NCBI GenBank assembly: GCA_964472875.1
Contig: CAYYMD010000008.1
Location: 2,414-66,413, forward strand
Direction of reading: 5' to 3'
DNA length: 64,000 nucleotides
Origin: an uncultured Planctomycetaceae bacterium
GTDB taxonomy: Bacteria; Planctomycetota; Phycisphaerae; SM23-33
The notes under the pieces are model-generated. The model was not told the DNA's origin. It ran no database searches and saw only the letters and a list, made by a program, of their open reading frames with translations. The position numbers and the translations under genes were made by a program. Below, one piece after another: positions 7,465-15,894 of the stretch. The stretch's first letter is position 1, and every line of letters starts with the position of its first letter.

Positions 7465-10245
7465 ATGAAAAAATCAATGTTTTATCTGTTGGTTACATCG
7501 GTGCTGGCGATGTCGCTGGTCTCGCCGGCGGAAGCCCGGAGCGAAAACGAACTGCTGGCGGTGCTGAAGAATCCGGATGCATCCCGCAAACAGAAACAGG
7601 ATGCCTGCCGCGAACTGTCGCGTGTGGCGACTGCCCGGTCGGTTCCCGTACTGGCCGAGCTGCTGGCGGACCCCAAACTGTCGCACATGGCCCGTTATGC
7701 GCTGGAGCCGATTCCCGATGACTCTGTGGATGCCGCACTGCGCGAGGCGCTGGGCAAGGTCGAAGGCGAACCGTTGGTCGGCGTTGTCGGCAGTATCGGT
7801 GTGCGCCGCGACGAAAAGGCAGTCCCGGCCCTGAAGCAGCTGCTTTCGCACGAGAATGCGGTTGTATCCGCCGCAGCCGCCCGCGCGCTGGGCAGTATCG
7901 GCAATACCGACGCGGCGGAGGCCTTGCAATCAGTGCTGGACGACAGTGACCCGTCGTCCAAAAAGTTCAAGGCGGTAAGTGAGGGCATATTCCGCTGCGC
8001 CGAACTGCTCGAGGCCGAAGGCGGCGCGAAAAAAGCCCTCGCGCTGTATGACCGCCTGCGCGAGTTTGACAAAGCTCCGCATCAAATCCGCACCGCCTCG
8101 CTGCGGGGCGCGGTGCTCCTAAGAGGCAATGAGGGCATACCCCTGTTAATGTCCGCCCTGCGTTCCGATGATTACCGTCGGTTCGCTTCGGCCGCGCGTA
8201 TATCGATGGAACTGGACGGCAAAAAAGTTACGCAGGCACTGGCCGGGGAGTTGGGGAAGCTTGGTCAGGATCGTCGGATAGTGGTGCTGCGCGTGATGGG
8301 TCAGCGCGGCGACATCTCCTGCGGCGATGCGATTATGAAGATATTGCGTTCGGACGAGCCGGCGGTCCGCGCGGCGGCGGCCAGGGCGCTGACTCGTCTG
8401 GGTTATGCTCCCGCTATAGCGGAACTGGAGAAATTGGCGGTTGAGGGCGATGGCGAGCTGGCGAATGTTGCCAAGTCATGCCTGGCCGGTTTTCCGAAGC
8501 AGGCCGCAAAAACCGCAATTATGGATATGCTCAAAAGCAAAGATGCCGGCTCCCGTCGCACGGGGGCGGAACTGAGCGCGAGCGTTACGCTCGACTCCGC
8601 CATACCCGTGCTGATGGAAAATGTGCTGGACAAGGATCAGTCCGTCGCGATGGCTTCGCTTCGGGCATTGCGCCAACTCGCCGGGCCGGACCATCTGCCG
8701 GAAATAATCGATCTGCTCGGCCGGATTGAGAGCGATAAAGTGCGGCGCGAGGCGGAGAAGGTTGCGATACGCGTCGGCAAGAAAGCACTGCATGCCAAAA
8801 CCAATCAAATACCGGCTAATGCGGACCTCCGGATAGATAAAGCCGTATACGGGGATTTGCCTGACGGCAAAAAGATGGACGTGACCGGTAAAGTGAAAAA
8901 TATGGTCAAACAGGGCAAATTCGAAATAGCCGCGACAAACGAGTTATTCGGCGACCCGGCCCCGGGCGTCAAAAAGAAGCTGAGTGTGAATTATACTGTC
9001 GAAGGTATTTCCGTCAGCCGGACGGCCGCCGAGGGCGAAACGGTGAGAATCCGTGTCCCGGCACAAGCCCAAAAAGGCGGCGGCATCGATAAGTTGATTG
9101 ATGCGATGGAGAAAGCCACCGGGCCGGACAAGGTGTCATTGTTGCGGGTGATTGCAGGCATCGGCGGCCCGAAGGCACTGGCCGCAGTGCGCAGCGCACT
9201 TGATTCGAAAAACGCCGCGATGCGCGAAGCGGCAACTCGGGCGTTGTTGAGTTGGCAGGACGGTTCGGCAGCGCCGGTTCTTCTTCGGCTTGCCGGTACG
9301 GCCGAGACGCAACGGCGTCGCACGCTGGCCTTGCGCGGCCTGGTGCGAGTGGTCGGCCTCTCGAAACAGCCCGTCCCCGAGAGAGTCGCTCTGCTGAACA
9401 AGGCCCGCGAGTTTGCCGAATCCGCTAAAGACAAACGCCTGTTGCTCAGCGGCTACGGCAATCTGGACCACCCGGCTGCGCTCAAAGCCGTGGTGAGCAT
9501 GCTGGATAACGAGTCAGTGCAGTCCGCGGCCGCGCACGCTGCAGTCAGGATTGCCGAGTCGATAGTTAAAAAACACCCGGACGCCGTGACCGGTGCGATG
9601 AGGCGCGTTATCGGGACGGTTTCGAATCAATCGATAAAAGACAAAGCCGGGGCGTTGCTGAATCAGGCCGAGGAACTCGCGTTAAAGAAAATCGGTTATC
9701 GCCGCGCCGGCGACTGGAAATCGCTTTTCAACGGGAAAGATCTCACCGGCTGGAGCAAGAGCGGCAACGGCGAATTCTACGTGGAAGACGGCCGCCTGGT
9801 CGGTACTCAGACCGACGGCAGGGGGGGCGACCTGTGGACCGGCGGCGAATTCGACGATTTCGAGTTGAAGGTCACGTATCGCGTGGACTGGCCGGCCAAC
9901 ACGGGCATATGGTACCGATGGAAAAACGGGAAAGGATATCAGTTCGATATCCTCAAATACAAAAAGCCCGTCGCTTTCAGCGGGACGCTTTACTGCCCCG
10001 GAAAGCTGTTTCTTTTCCGCAATACAGATGCATCGCTGGAGGACCGCGACGGCTGGAACGAGGCCAGAATACGCGCTGCAGGGTCCGATCTTACACAGTG
10101 GCTCAACGGCGTGTTAATCGGCTCGGCCTCGGATAAGCAGCTGCCTTCGGGCAAAGTCGGCATTCAGGTTCACGGCGGCAATCAGTTCAAGGGCATGAAA
10201 ATTATCATTAAAAGCATTGAAATCCGCCCGCTGAAAGCGCGTTAA
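7465..10245 (+). CDS. Secreted HEAT-repeat (PBS-lyase-like) protein with C-terminal DUF1080 (3-keto-disaccharide hydrolase/LamG-like) domain
   Basis: Signal peptide MKKSMFYLLVTSVLAMSLVSPAEA and multiple HEAT-like repeats (AAARALGSIG, VRAAAARALTRLG). The C-terminus carries the DUF1080 pattern GWSKSGNGEFYVEDGRLVG...FELKVTYRV...GKVGIQVHGGNQFKGMKIIIKSIEIRPL. DUF1080 proteins are commonly found next to Gfo/Idh/MocA oxidoreductases in Planctomycetota and Verrucomicrobiota. Confidence 0.75.
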   Translation: MKKSMFYLLVTSVLAMSLVSPAEARSENELLAVLKNPDASRKQKQDACRELSRVATARSVPVLAELLADPKLSHMARYALEPIPDDSVDAALREALGKVEGEPLVGVVGSIGVRRDEKAVPALKQLLSHENAVVSAAAARALGSIGNTDAAEALQSVLDDSDPSSKKFKAVSEGIFRCAELLEAEGGAKKALALYDRLREFDKAPHQIRTASLRGAVLLRGNEGIPLLMSALRSDDYRRFASAARISMELDGKKVTQALAGELGKLGQDRRIVVLRVMGQRGDISCGDAIMKILRSDEPAVRAAAARALTRLGYAPAIAELEKLAVEGDGELANVAKSCLAGFPKQAAKTAIMDMLKSKDAGSRRTGAELSASVTLDSAIPVLMENVLDKDQSVAMASLRALRQLAGPDHLPEIIDLLGRIESDKVRREAEKVAIRVGKKALHAKTNQIPANADLRIDKAVYGDLPDGKKMDVTGKVKNMVKQGKFEIAATNELFGDPAPGVKKKLSVNYTVEGISVSRTAAEGETVRIRVPAQAQKGGGIDKLIDAMEKATGPDKVSLLRVIAGIGGPKALAAVRSALDSKNAAMREAATRALLSWQDGSAAPVLLRLAGTAETQRRRTLALRGLVRVVGLSKQPVPERVALLNKAREFAESAKDKRLLLSGYGNLDHPAALKAVVSMLDNESVQSAAAHAAVRIAESIVKKHPDAVTGAMRRVIGTVSNQSIKDKAGALLNQAEELALKKIGYRRAGDWKSLFNGKDLTGWSKSGNGEFYVEDGRLVGTQTDGRGGDLWTGGEFDDFELKVTYRVDWPANTGIWYRWKNGKGYQFDILKYKKPVAFSGTLYCPGKLFLFRNTDASLEDRDGWNEARIRAAGSDLTQWLNGVLIGSASDKQLPSGKVGIQVHGGNQFKGMKIIIKSIEIRPLKAR

Positions 10246-10519
10246 CCGGCGGGTGATTATTTTGTTGCGTGAACATTGTGTTTTTGGGCCTCCAACCGCA
10301 TGGTCGGAGATAAATTTCTGCCGAAAGACCAGCGTTACACCTGGAGCACCTGGGATCCCTTCAACAAGAAGTCGCCGCTGCTGCCGTCCGGACTTATCGG
10401 CCCGGTGGTCATTTCAAAGGTAGATTAGTATTTCGGGTGTAGTGTAAACATCTTAAATACCTCCAAAAACAGGCCACATTGGCCATAAAAAAATTTTTTG
10501 AAAATCTTTGGATTTATCC

Positions 10520-10585
10520 TTGCCGCGTCTGGTGGTCGATGTATATAATAAATTCGTAATAGGAATAGTTATCATTATGAATAAT
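10520..10585 (+). promoter_or_regulatory. Putative sigma70 promoter (TTGCCG-18-TATAAT) followed by an AT-rich Fur-box-like element overlapping the regulator's own start codon
   Basis: TTGCCG at 10520-10525 and TATAAT at 10544-10549. The segment AATAGTTATCATTATGAATAATAA (10562-10585) resembles the GATAATGATAATCATTATC hexamer repeats of a Fur box. The match is partial, judged by eye. Confidence 0.3.
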
Positions 10586-11104
10586 AAAGCAAGACAACAT
10601 AATCACAGGCCATTGCGAATGACCCGACAACGAGAGGTCATACTGCAGCAGGTTAGGGAATCATCGGATCATCCCACTGCCGACACGATTTATAAGCGTG
10701 TGAGGCAAATACTGCCCAACGTAAGTCTGGGCACGGTTTACAGAAACCTCGAAGTACTTGCCAATAACGGCCTTATAAGAGAACTCCGCCTCTGTTACCA
10801 GAAGAGGCGTTTTGACGGGGGGATGCATCCGCACTATCACGTGCGGTGCATAAAATGCGGAAAGGTCTGCGACGTTTCGCCTCAGGCGATACCCGATTTA
10901 AACGGCTTGGCCCAGCGCGGCAGCGAGTTTGAAATACTCGACCACACGTTGGAATTCGAAGGGCTGTGCCCTCAATGCAGGGGCCGGAAGGCGGACGTCG
11001 ACGAGACCGGTAAGCAAGATGCGTATACGAACGGACCCAAGATAGATGCGGGAGAGCCCGGCCCAGATGAGACAAACGGCCGCGGCAACCTCCCGGGGAG
11101 TTGA
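10577..11104 (+). CDS. Fur-family (Fur/PerR/Zur-like) transcriptional regulator with a C-terminal extension of about 45 aa
   Basis: Fur N-domain RQREVILQQVRESSDHPTADTIYKRV...LGTVYRNLEVLANNGLIREL and the metal-site motif HPHYHVRCIKCGKVCDV. The ORF track starts at a TTG at 10508; the ATG at 10577 (MNNKARQ) is more plausible. The C-terminal tail GRKADVDETGKQDAYTNGPKIDAGEPGPDETNGRGNLPGS is not found in canonical Fur. Confidence 0.7.
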   Translation: MNNKARQHNHRPLRMTRQREVILQQVRESSDHPTADTIYKRVRQILPNVSLGTVYRNLEVLANNGLIRELRLCYQKRRFDGGMHPHYHVRCIKCGKVCDVSPQAIPDLNGLAQRGSEFEILDHTLEFEGLCPQCRGRKADVDETGKQDAYTNGPKIDAGEPGPDETNGRGNLPGS

Positions 11105-11107
11105 ACC

Positions 11108-12037
11108 ATGAAGACAGCGATAAATGAAAAAGCAGGTCCGGCCACAGTTCCTAAGGGCCTTAACGAAAGGCAGCGACAGCGTTACCTGTCGATACCGCAG
11201 GAAATGGATTACGTTTACGACGATTCCTTTTCGCAGCCGAATATCGAAGAAGAATTGTTCGAACAGCATAAAGAGGACTTGAACATACGTCAGTGGCGCA
11301 ATTTTCCGCAGGTGCCCGAAGACCGGCAACAGACTGCCGCGCCACGGAAGACGCCCACCAAGTCGCAGGAGCAACTACTTTTTTTGCGTTACAACTACGC
11401 ACGGTGGCGTCTGAGCGAACTCATCATCGCCCAGCAGCAAAAACGCGCCACGAAGAAGCGGGCCCTGGAGATGTTGCATTGGCACAGGCGCGTCCGCTGC
11501 GAACGCGCGAGTCTGTCGGCGGCCAACATGGCGCTGGTGGTGGCGATGGCCAAGCGGACGAAGATCCCCAACGTCGAATTCCCCGAGCTTATCTCCGAGG
11601 GAAACATGGCCCTGTTGCGTGCCATCGACAAGTTCGACGTTTCGCGCGGCTACAAGTTTTCCACCTACGCCTGCCGCGCGATACTCAAAGCGTTCAATCG
11701 ACTGGCCACGGTAACTGCGCGATACGTAAACCGCTATGGCGTGGAATACGATCCGGACATGGAACGCAGCGACTACGATGTCTACAAGCACGAGATGCAC
11801 AAGGACCTGGCGGTGGATGGCCTGCGGGAGATACTCGAAAAGAACCGCGCCCGGCTCAGCGACATGGAGAGCACAATCGTCAGAGAGCGTTTCGCCCTCA
11901 CGCCGGAAGGCCAAAAAGGCACGCTGAGCGAGGTCGGCGAAAAGGTCGGTCTGACCTCCGAACGCGTCCGGCAGATACAGAAAAACGCACTGACCAAAAT
12001 ACGCAAGGTGCTGAACGAAAAATATCTGGTGACATAG
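11108..12037 (+). CDS. Sigma-70-family RNA polymerase sigma factor (regions 2 and 4 present; atypical N-terminal region of about 130 aa)
   Basis: Region 2 FPELISEGNMALLRAIDKFDVSRGYKFSTYACRAILKAF and region 4 TLSEVGEKVGLTSERVRQIQKNALTKIRK. RBS GGGGAG upstream. It lies immediately after the Fur-like gene (3-nt gap). Confidence 0.8.
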   Translation: MKTAINEKAGPATVPKGLNERQRQRYLSIPQEMDYVYDDSFSQPNIEEELFEQHKEDLNIRQWRNFPQVPEDRQQTAAPRKTPTKSQEQLLFLRYNYARWRLSELIIAQQQKRATKKRALEMLHWHRRVRCERASLSAANMALVVAMAKRTKIPNVEFPELISEGNMALLRAIDKFDVSRGYKFSTYACRAILKAFNRLATVTARYVNRYGVEYDPDMERSDYDVYKHEMHKDLAVDGLREILEKNRARLSDMESTIVRERFALTPEGQKGTLSEVGEKVGLTSERVRQIQKNALTKIRKVLNEKYLVT

Positions 12038-12091
12038 TTGGCCGAGGAGTAGGTGGCAGATGTGCTTTAACCGCATCTGCACAGTGAGTAA

Positions 12092-13057
12092 ATGACCGCG
12101 CGGAGGGCGCGACTATTACGGCCTGGAAAAAGGCCCGTCAAGGTATGTGATCCATACCAGATGCTGGGCGCAATAGAAGAAGACCTGCTCGACGCCATAG
12201 GCAAAGACACGGTCATGCTGGCGCCGCCAAACACCATGTTCGGGTTTCGCAATGAGAACTGGAAGGGATTTATGACTCCATGGGGACAAAAAGTTCTTGT
12301 GTCTGAACACTTTAAAACTACCGAGGACGAAAACGGCGACATACTGATATATCCCGAAGGCGATACCTCCGCCCCGCCCAGCGGCCGCATGCCTACCAAC
12401 AGTTTCTTTTTCGACACCATTATCCGGCAGGAGCCCATCGACGAAGACAACCTCAATCCCGAGGACAACCTCGAGGAATTCGGGCCCATCAGCGAAGAAG
12501 ACCTCGAATACTACCGCAGCGAGGCCAAGCGACTCTCGGCCGGCGGCTGGGCGGTGTGCACGTCGATTGCGGGCACGGCGCTGGGTGACATCGCGCTGGT
12601 TCCCGCCCCGTTTATGAAGCATCCCAGGGGAATTCGAGATATCGCGGAATGGTACATGTCGACTTCCATGCGTCGGGATTATGTCGAGGAAATCTTCGAC
12701 AGGCAATCCAGGATTGCGGTGGAGAACCTGAAAAAAGTCCATGAGGCCGTCGGCGAAAATATTGACGTGCTGTTTGTCTGTGGAACCGACTTCGGCACGC
12801 AGGCCTCACAGTTCTGTTCGAAGGATACGTTCGAAGGACTCTGGGCGCCGTATTACAAGCGGATGAACGACTGGGTGCGTCAAAACATGACCTGGAAGCT
12901 GTTCAAGCATTCGTGCGGCGCCGTCGACCCTCTGATAGAGTCGTTCATCGACTGCGGTTTCGACATTCTGAACCCCGTGCAGTGTTCGGCGGCGTGTTCC
13001 AGTACATCCAGCAGTACCAGGGATACATCTGGCCGGGCGTGGTGGCGGCGTTCGTAG
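12092..13057 (+). CDS. Uroporphyrinogen-decarboxylase (URO-D)-like family protein, C-terminally disrupted and a possible pseudogene
   Basis: URO-D-like block LFVCGTDFGTQASQF...YYKRMNDWVRQN...KHSCGAVDPLIESFIDCGFDILNPVQ. After NPVQ the frame reads low-complexity CSAACSSTSSSTRDTSGRAWWRRS and stops, so about 60 residues expected for this fold are missing. Confidence 0.5.
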   Translation: MTARRARLLRPGKRPVKVCDPYQMLGAIEEDLLDAIGKDTVMLAPPNTMFGFRNENWKGFMTPWGQKVLVSEHFKTTEDENGDILIYPEGDTSAPPSGRMPTNSFFFDTIIRQEPIDEDNLNPEDNLEEFGPISEEDLEYYRSEAKRLSAGGWAVCTSIAGTALGDIALVPAPFMKHPRGIRDIAEWYMSTSMRRDYVEEIFDRQSRIAVENLKKVHEAVGENIDVLFVCGTDFGTQASQFCSKDTFEGLWAPYYKRMNDWVRQNMTWKLFKHSCGAVDPLIESFIDCGFDILNPVQCSAACSSTSSSTRDTSGRAWWRRS

Positions 13058-13362
13058 TAGCATTTGTGCTGCCAAAGGCGCCTGCCGCGGCGGGTGTAGT
13101 AACACTGATAGGCGGCCCGATTATCTACGGGGCGTTTCAGGCGACATCCGCGTGGCACGGCCTGCACTTCCTCATCCAGGTGCTGCTGTCGTTCATAGCG
13201 CTTATCATAATATCGATAATCATTACGATGGCAGCGCCGCTGTCTGAGCCGCGCAAACTGCCGGTTCGCGAGGATATGGACCTCAAGAGTTCCCGGCCGG
13301 CGCTGATTGTAGGCGCCGCCGTCATTGTGGGAGTAATCATATTTACGTATATCTTCCGATGA
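12980..13362 (+). pseudogene. Frame-shifted C-terminal fragment resembling the last TM helices of a solute:sodium symporter-like transporter, fused to the URO-D-like gene by a deletion scar
   Basis: A different frame from about 12980 encodes FGGVFQYIQQYQGYIWPGVVAAFVVAFVLPKAPAAAGVVTLIGGPIIYGAF followed by a second hydrophobic helix. There is no plausible start codon or RBS, and it overlaps the end of the upstream gene. Confidence 0.4.
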
Positions 13363-13527
13363 TGCGGATATTCGGTCGTAAAGATGCATCGGCCGTTTAA
13401 ATCCGCCTGCGGATGTTACTACGCTGCCGGTGGAAAATAATTTTGTAGACCAAAGTCGGGGCGCATATAAAGATATTCAGCAGGATTATTGCAGAAGAGT
13501 TATTTTAACCAACAGGAGACTAATCAT

Positions 13528-14076
13528 ATGAACGATATGACAGCGGCAAACATGCGAAGCGCCTATTCGGGCGAATCCATGGCGCACATGAGATATAAGA
13601 TATGGGCCGAAATGGCCGAGCGGGAAAACTTCCCCAATGTGGGGCGGCTGTTACGCGCCATCAGCCGGGCCGAACAGGCCCACGCCACCAACCATTTCCG
13701 CACGCTGAGGAAATTGCCCGAACCGGCCGACATCTTCAGCGGTGCGCCGTTTGGGCTGGACGGAACGTCGCAAAACCTCGTGGGTGCTATAGAAGGTGAA
13801 ACGTTCGAAATCGAACAGATGTATCCGGCCTACCTTGCAGTGGCCGAGATGCAGGGCGAACAGGAGGCGGTTCGCTCCATCAACTACGCGCTCTCGGCCG
13901 AGAAGATTCACGCAAAAATGTTCACCGACGCCAAAAAGTCCGTGGACGACGGCAAAGACATCGAACTTGGTCCGGTGCAGATATGCACCGTCTGCGGCCA
14001 CACGCTCGAAGGCGATGCGCCGGATGTATGCCCCATCTGCAAAAATCCGAAGGAAAAATACGTCAGTTTTGAGTAA
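13528..14076 (+). CDS. rbr: Rubrerythrin
   Basis: Ferritin-like diiron motifs (EQAHATNHFR, EGETFEIEQMYPAY) and C-terminal rubredoxin-like CTVCGH...CPICK. RBS CAGGAG lies 10 nt upstream of the ATG at 13528. Confidence 0.9.
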   Translation: MNDMTAANMRSAYSGESMAHMRYKIWAEMAERENFPNVGRLLRAISRAEQAHATNHFRTLRKLPEPADIFSGAPFGLDGTSQNLVGAIEGETFEIEQMYPAYLAVAEMQGEQEAVRSINYALSAEKIHAKMFTDAKKSVDDGKDIELGPVQICTVCGHTLEGDAPDVCPICKNPKEKYVSFE

Positions 14077-14120
14077 CTTTACTGCCACACCAACCGGCCA
14101 GTAATTAAAGAATGACGAAC

Positions 14121-14156
14121 CAGGGCGGGCTTACAAGGGTCCGCCCTGATTTTATA
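14121..14156 (+). terminator. Rho-independent terminator downstream of rbr
   Basis: CAGGGCGGgcttacaagggtCCGCCCTG is followed by ATTTTAT. Confidence 0.65.
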
Positions 14157-14217
14157 CGGAATTGTAGTTGGGATTTAGTTACCGAAATCGGCCGACCGGT
14201 CTGCCTTCACATGATTG

Positions 14218-14886
14218 TCATACACGTTGCATCAGAGTATGCCAGAAGCCGCGTGGCTCGTGGCGCTGCGTGATAATCTCGAAGTCCCCGCCGGCAAATT
14301 CGTCTATGTCCTCCCGCCCGAAGCATCGCCTGTACGACCCATGAGCCAGGTGCCACCGCCGTTTTGCTCCGGCGAACAGGTGGAACTTCGGGCTGAACAC
14401 CGAAAGCAGGTAATACCCCCGCGGTCGAAGTATCTTTAGGATATTTGCCTTGTAGGCAGGCCAGTCGCCCTTGCGCTGATGATGCAGGCAGCCGCAGTCC
14501 AGCACGATGTCGAAGCTGTCAGCAGCAAAGGGCAGGTTAAAAACATCGCCCCGTCGAAAACAAACCCGGCCGGGCTTTACCTGCTGGTGGCGACGTGAAT
14601 GTATCGGAACATCGGCTTGGCAAGCATACGCCCGCGCGCGCTCCAGCGCCTCGGGTATAAAATCCACCCCTGTGACCCGAAAGCCGAGTTTTGCGGCGGC
14701 GATGGCGTGACGGCCTTCGCCGCAGCCGACATCGAGCAGCGTTCCGCCGGCCGCCGGATGCTTCAGCGACTTTAGAAGATCCACTAACGCCGGAGTTGGT
14801 TGCACCGCTTCCCAGCCGTGCTCGCCCGTTTGATAAGCCCGGCGAAAATACTGCAGATTGGCTTGCCTGGCCGACAAATCAGCCAC
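14218..14886 (-). CDS. Class I SAM-dependent methyltransferase (TehB/TPMT-like)
   Basis: SAM-binding motif I LLDVGCGEGRHAIAAAKLGFRVTGVD and post-I acidic residue. Confidence 0.75.
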   Translation of the reverse strand: MADLSARQANLQYFRRAYQTGEHGWEAVQPTPALVDLLKSLKHPAAGGTLLDVGCGEGRHAIAAAKLGFRVTGVDFIPEALERARAYACQADVPIHSRRHQQVKPGRVCFRRGDVFNLPFAADSFDIVLDCGCLHHQRKGDWPAYKANILKILRPRGYYLLSVFSPKFHLFAGAKRRWHLAHGSYRRCFGREDIDEFAGGDFEIITQRHEPRGFWHTLMQRV

Positions 14887-14978
14887 GTGTTTTTCTCCCG
14901 GTCGGGCGGCAGGCGCGATAAAACGTAAGTAATATCATTCCAGATAGCCGGGAGTATCTGCCCACGCTAACACGCGAG

Positions 14979-15254
14979 TTATTCGCCCAGTTCGAACATC
15001 GTTTCCAGGTCGTGCCGGCTATACTGGCGGAATGCGATGAGCGTCTGTGTTTTGGTGATACCCTCGATTGCTATCATGTCCTCGGTTACGAGTTTGGCCA
15101 GGTCGTCGTTGTGACGAACGCGGGCGATTGCGACGAGGTCATAATCCCCGGCTACGCTGTAAACTTCGGTGATACCTTCGATGTTTAGGATTTCCTGCGA
15201 TGCGGCCGCAATCCGCTTCCGCTCGGCGTTTATTAGAATTATTGCCGTCACCAT
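14979..15254 (-). CDS. Stand-alone Lrp/AsnC-type ligand-binding (RAM) domain protein
   Basis: 91 aa: NIEGITEVYSVAGDYDLVAIARVRHNDDLAKLVTEDMIAIEGITKTQTLIA matches the AsnC C-terminal RAM-domain pattern. No HTH is present. Confidence 0.65.
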   Translation of the reverse strand: MVTAIILINAERKRIAAASQEILNIEGITEVYSVAGDYDLVAIARVRHNDDLAKLVTEDMIAIEGITKTQTLIAFRQYSRHDLETMFELGE

Positions 15255-15329
15255 ATTCGCCTCCTCACGCTGACATTATAACAGGCGGCTTCTTTGGAAT
15301 GCATCGCCCACGGGCCACGGCGAAATATT

Positions 15330-15800
15330 CTAACCGTTGGCATTTTGGTCATCCCAGGAGGTCAGCAGTTCATATGCCTTCTGCGGGCTGTCGGCCTTCT
15401 CGAGCGATTCCTTGAGTTCCACATCCGTCATCGCCTTGCTCAGCCGGGCAAGCGCCTGGATGTGCGGGCCGGTCTTGTCCATGGGGCTGACCAGCAGGAA
15501 CACTATCGTGACGGGCTTGCCGTCCACACTCTCAAAGTCCACACCATCAGGAGCTTCGCCCAGCGCCATGGCCAGGTCCGCCGCCGCGGAGCTCTTGCCG
15601 TGCGGGATAGCCAATCCTTCGCCGATGCCCGTGGTCCGCGTTTTTTCCCGTTCCATGACGGCCTGGAGCATCCGGTCACGGTCATTCAATGTCCCGTCGG
15701 CGGCGAGAAGGTCAACCAGTTCCTCGATAACTCCGGCCTTGGTGTCCGAGGTCAGGGGAACTTTTATCCGCCGGGGTGTGAGAATGTCCGTCAATCGCAT
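15330..15800 (-). CDS. ptsN: PTS EIIA-Ntr nitrogen regulatory protein (PtsN-like, fructose/mannitol-type EIIA)
   Basis: EIIA type-2 domain with the phosphorylatable His context GIGEGLAIPHGK. Size 156 aa. Confidence 0.8.
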   Translation of the reverse strand: MRLTDILTPRRIKVPLTSDTKAGVIEELVDLLAADGTLNDRDRMLQAVMEREKTRTTGIGEGLAIPHGKSSAAADLAMALGEAPDGVDFESVDGKPVTIVFLLVSPMDKTGPHIQALARLSKAMTDVELKESLEKADSPQKAYELLTSWDDQNANG

Positions 15801-15894
15801 ACGCGTAGAACCTGTCTGGATTCTCCAACTGTGGCGCCTGCTCAGTTCACACGGCGGCCGATACGCAATGGCCCGGGGCAGATTTTACAGTGCC

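Noticed and set aside
10476-10488. GGCCACATTGGCC palindrome in the Fur-like upstream region.
   Set aside because: It is a short restriction-site-like palindrome with no supporting context.
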